Below, in pieces: positions 61,821 to 64,000 of a stretch of 64,000 nucleotides of DNA. The notes under the pieces are model-generated. The model saw nothing but the letters and a program-made list of their open reading frames with translations. It was not told where the DNA came from and did no database searches. The DNA lies in sequence record GQ981382. One strand, 5' to 3'. The translations under genes were made by a program, and so were the position numbers. This DNA is from Shigella phage SP18. Each line of letters begins with the position of its first letter. Positions within the stretch are counted from its first letter, which is position 1.

Positions 61821-63355
61821 AATCCAGTCTTTGACCAGTCGCCAAATACATCTTCGAATGTGTCTGCATGGTCTTTATCGAAACGGAACCCTTTGATAAT
61901 CGGCAGGAACAATGCAACCGTATTATCTTTACGAGTCTCGGAAGTCACCCAACCATTACATTCACAGTCAGCAATCATTCCAACCAATTCACCTTTACGA
62001 GCTTTAACCATCAAGGCTTCACGGTCCAGTTCGTGACGTTCATCAATCGGAATAGAAACCCATTTTTTGGTTTTCTTATCTTTCACTTGAGTTGTGTCTT
62101 TAAAACCAGACCCACAGTTATTTGTAATCTTGCCACAAGAAGAACGAAGCACAACACCGCCAATTTTATCTGGGTCTTTATCGTGCTCGTAATATCCAAT
62201 GATTTCCATTGCAATGTCAATTACTTCTTTGAACTTATACAAGTTCTTTGAGCGCTTGTTTTCCCAAATCGATGCCATATTCTTAAGGATAATACCTTCA
62301 AGACCTTCATCAACATATTTCTTATAGATAACTTTCGCTTCATCGAGATTGTTAACAACATGGTTTTCAATCAGAATCATGCGGTCGAAACCATGCAGCA
62401 CCACATTATCTGCAATCATCTTTTCCAGAACAGCAAAACGCACATCGTATTTCAACGGATTGAGAATCTTAACATCAGAATAGACTTCAATCAGCGGAAC
62501 ATAATCCCAAACCTGGAATTTCATGCAAGAAGCTTCTGCTGCAGAAATAGTTCCTTTCAATGATTTGTTTGCCAGACCATTTGAAAAGGTTCTTGATTCC
62601 GCGAATTCTGTGAATTCTTTTGCCTTACTAAGCTCAGGCATATCGTCAAAAAGGAAGCTCAAACCATCATTCTGGGGAGCTATTTTCTGTTCATGATATA
62701 CTAACTCGCCGTCAATCAAAACGCCCTCAGGATGTCTCTCACGCGCTTCACGGGTAGCTTCAATCAATTCCTTTTTAAGGAGGTCAAGCTTGAGGTATTC
62801 GTTGCCAGCTCGGGATAACAATCGAACATCATCCAACTCATCGCCACGAACTTCTGCAAAACACCGAGCGCCGTCGGCTTTCAATTGCGCAAAGGCCGGG
62901 AACTTAATGTTCTTGGCAATACCGGCTTCATCATAGGAAGAAGCGAGCATCTGCGGTTGTTCAGGAATTAAACCTTTCCAAACCTTATTTGCAATTGATA
63001 CGGATGCCCCGCATTCCAGGTCACGCATCATAACACGCCGCAGGACTTCAACATCTGCTTTTTTACCATCAGCAATATAGCCAGATAATTCCTCGATTGC
63101 AGCATTACCTGTTAATTTACGAGAGGCTAATGTGAATTCAATAAAGTCAAGCATATCATCGATATTCAGCATACCAAAGCTTTGAGTCGTTGTCCCAGGT
63201 TTTGGCCATTTCTTAATATAGAACTGGATGCCTTTGGAATATGTCAAACGATACACACGTTTGAGGGTTTCATTGTCAGAATACGATTCCAGAATAGCTT
63301 GTTTCTCTTTAGTAGAATCGGTTGCAGCAATTTCATTTAAAATATCTAAAATCAT
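61814..63355 (-). CDS. 30: DNA ligase (gp30)
   Basis: ATG at 63353-63355 with AAGAGGTGA RBS; MILDILNEIA...KADGARCFAEVRGDELDDVRLLSRAGNEY... matches recalled T4 ligase incl. adenylation lysine motif. Confidence 0.9.
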   Translation of the reverse strand: MILDILNEIAATDSTKEKQAILESYSDNETLKRVYRLTYSKGIQFYIKKWPKPGTTTQSFGMLNIDDMLDFIEFTLASRKLTGNAAIEELSGYIADGKKADVEVLRRVMMRDLECGASVSIANKVWKGLIPEQPQMLASSYDEAGIAKNIKFPAFAQLKADGARCFAEVRGDELDDVRLLSRAGNEYLKLDLLKKELIEATREARERHPEGVLIDGELVYHEQKIAPQNDGLSFLFDDMPELSKAKEFTEFAESRTFSNGLANKSLKGTISAAEASCMKFQVWDYVPLIEVYSDVKILNPLKYDVRFAVLEKMIADNVVLHGFDRMILIENHVVNNLDEAKVIYKKYVDEGLEGIILKNMASIWENKRSKNLYKFKEVIDIAMEIIGYYEHDKDPDKIGGVVLRSSCGKITNNCGSGFKDTTQVKDKKTKKWVSIPIDERHELDREALMVKARKGELVGMIADCECNGWVTSETRKDNTVALFLPIIKGFRFDKDHADTFEDVFGDWSKTGLK

Positions 63356-63364
63356 AATCACCTC

Positions 63365-63646
63365 TTAGTCGTTGGCTCTATTATATGCCACATCTTCCAA
63401 AAGCAAATCCAGACGCTTATGATAAGAGAACACAAATCTCATTCGCCCATCTGGTTTAAACTTAGACATAAAGTGAACATAGATAAACCCTTGCTCAACA
63501 CATTCACGCCAAACCGGATGGTCTTTGGCTGGGTTAATATCAAACGAGTAATCATGATTCACATGACGAATAAACTGATTAACATGACCATAATCCATGG
63601 TAGTAGTAGGACCATAATCAGAAATAGTATGAACGACAAACATCAA
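63365..63646 (-). CDS. hypothetical protein
   Basis: ORF track 93 aa upstream of ligase. Confidence 0.45.
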   Translation of the reverse strand: MMFVVHTISDYGPTTTMDYGHVNQFIRHVNHDYSFDINPAKDHPVWRECVEQGFIYVHFMSKFKPDGRMRFVFSYHKRLDLLLEDVAYNRAND

Positions 63647-63960
63647 TTACCCCCTTGGCCGCCGGTCGGTTGATTGTACCAATATTCAATGCCAGTACCT
63701 ACGCATGGGCCATATTGATATGGATATGCTGGATTATAACCAGGAGTCCATGGTTGACCTGGCTGCCAGCCTTGTTGCATTTGTTGTTGAAGACGGCGAG
63801 TTTCACGAAACAGTTCGTCCAGTTTACGGAGTTCATCAGGGGTGAATTCTGGTTTGACCGGTTCATCTTTGTGTTTCAGTTTAAGCTGTCCAGCAACATC
63901 GTCCCAATTAAAAACTTTGGAAGCTGTTTTAGGAATAGCATCACGTTCGCCACGGGCCAT
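63643..63960 (-). CDS. hypothetical Gln/Pro-rich protein; reading frame stays open upstream to window end, so true start uncertain
   Basis: ORF track 105 aa; same frame open through 64000. Confidence 0.4.
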   Translation of the reverse strand: MARGERDAIPKTASKVFNWDDVAGQLKLKHKDEPVKPEFTPDELRKLDELFRETRRLQQQMQQGWQPGQPWTPGYNPAYPYQYGPCVGTGIEYWYNQPTGGQGGN

Positions 63961-64000
63961 CCAATAAACCGGGACTTCAAGGATTTCACTCGCATGGTCG

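Overview
This window is a segment of a T4-like (Tevenvirinae) myovirus genome; protein sequences are close to, but not identical with, T4 (the major capsid protein appears close to T4 by recalled alignment, gp6 clearly more diverged). Layout: (1) 1-10.8 kb, minus-strand early/middle region with tandem small-protein paralog arrays, a cluster of three tRNAs, four internal-protein (IP) genes with capsid-targeting N-termini, 57B, 57A, gene 1 (dNMP kinase), then 3, 2, 4; (2) 10.8-43.4 kb, plus-strand late morphogenesis block in T4 order 53, 5, [687-aa ORF], 6-12, wac, 13, [GIY-YIG homing endonuclease], 14-20, 67, 68, 21-24; (3) 43.4-50.2 kb, rnlB, hoc, inh, uvsW, [HNH homing endonuclease], uvsW.1, uvsY; (4) 50.2-57.4 kb, baseplate hub genes 25, 26, 51, 27, 28, 29, 48, 54; (5) 57.5-64 kb, two tandem alt paralogs and DNA ligase (30). 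Regulatory signals are readable directly: TATAAATA late promoters, MotA-box middle promoters sharing a conserved palindromic start region, sigma70-like early promoters, and GGGACC-TTCG-GGTCCC terminators. Points worth a second look: a four-gene array of small paralogs ending in W-V-S-S-S-x-E-C; an unrecognised 687-aa ORF between genes 5 and 6; apparent single-base frameshifts in homopolymer runs interrupting gp10 and one IP gene; and middle-promoter copies oriented antisense to structural genes. All protein identifications rest on recalled T4 sequences and gene order; no database search was run.
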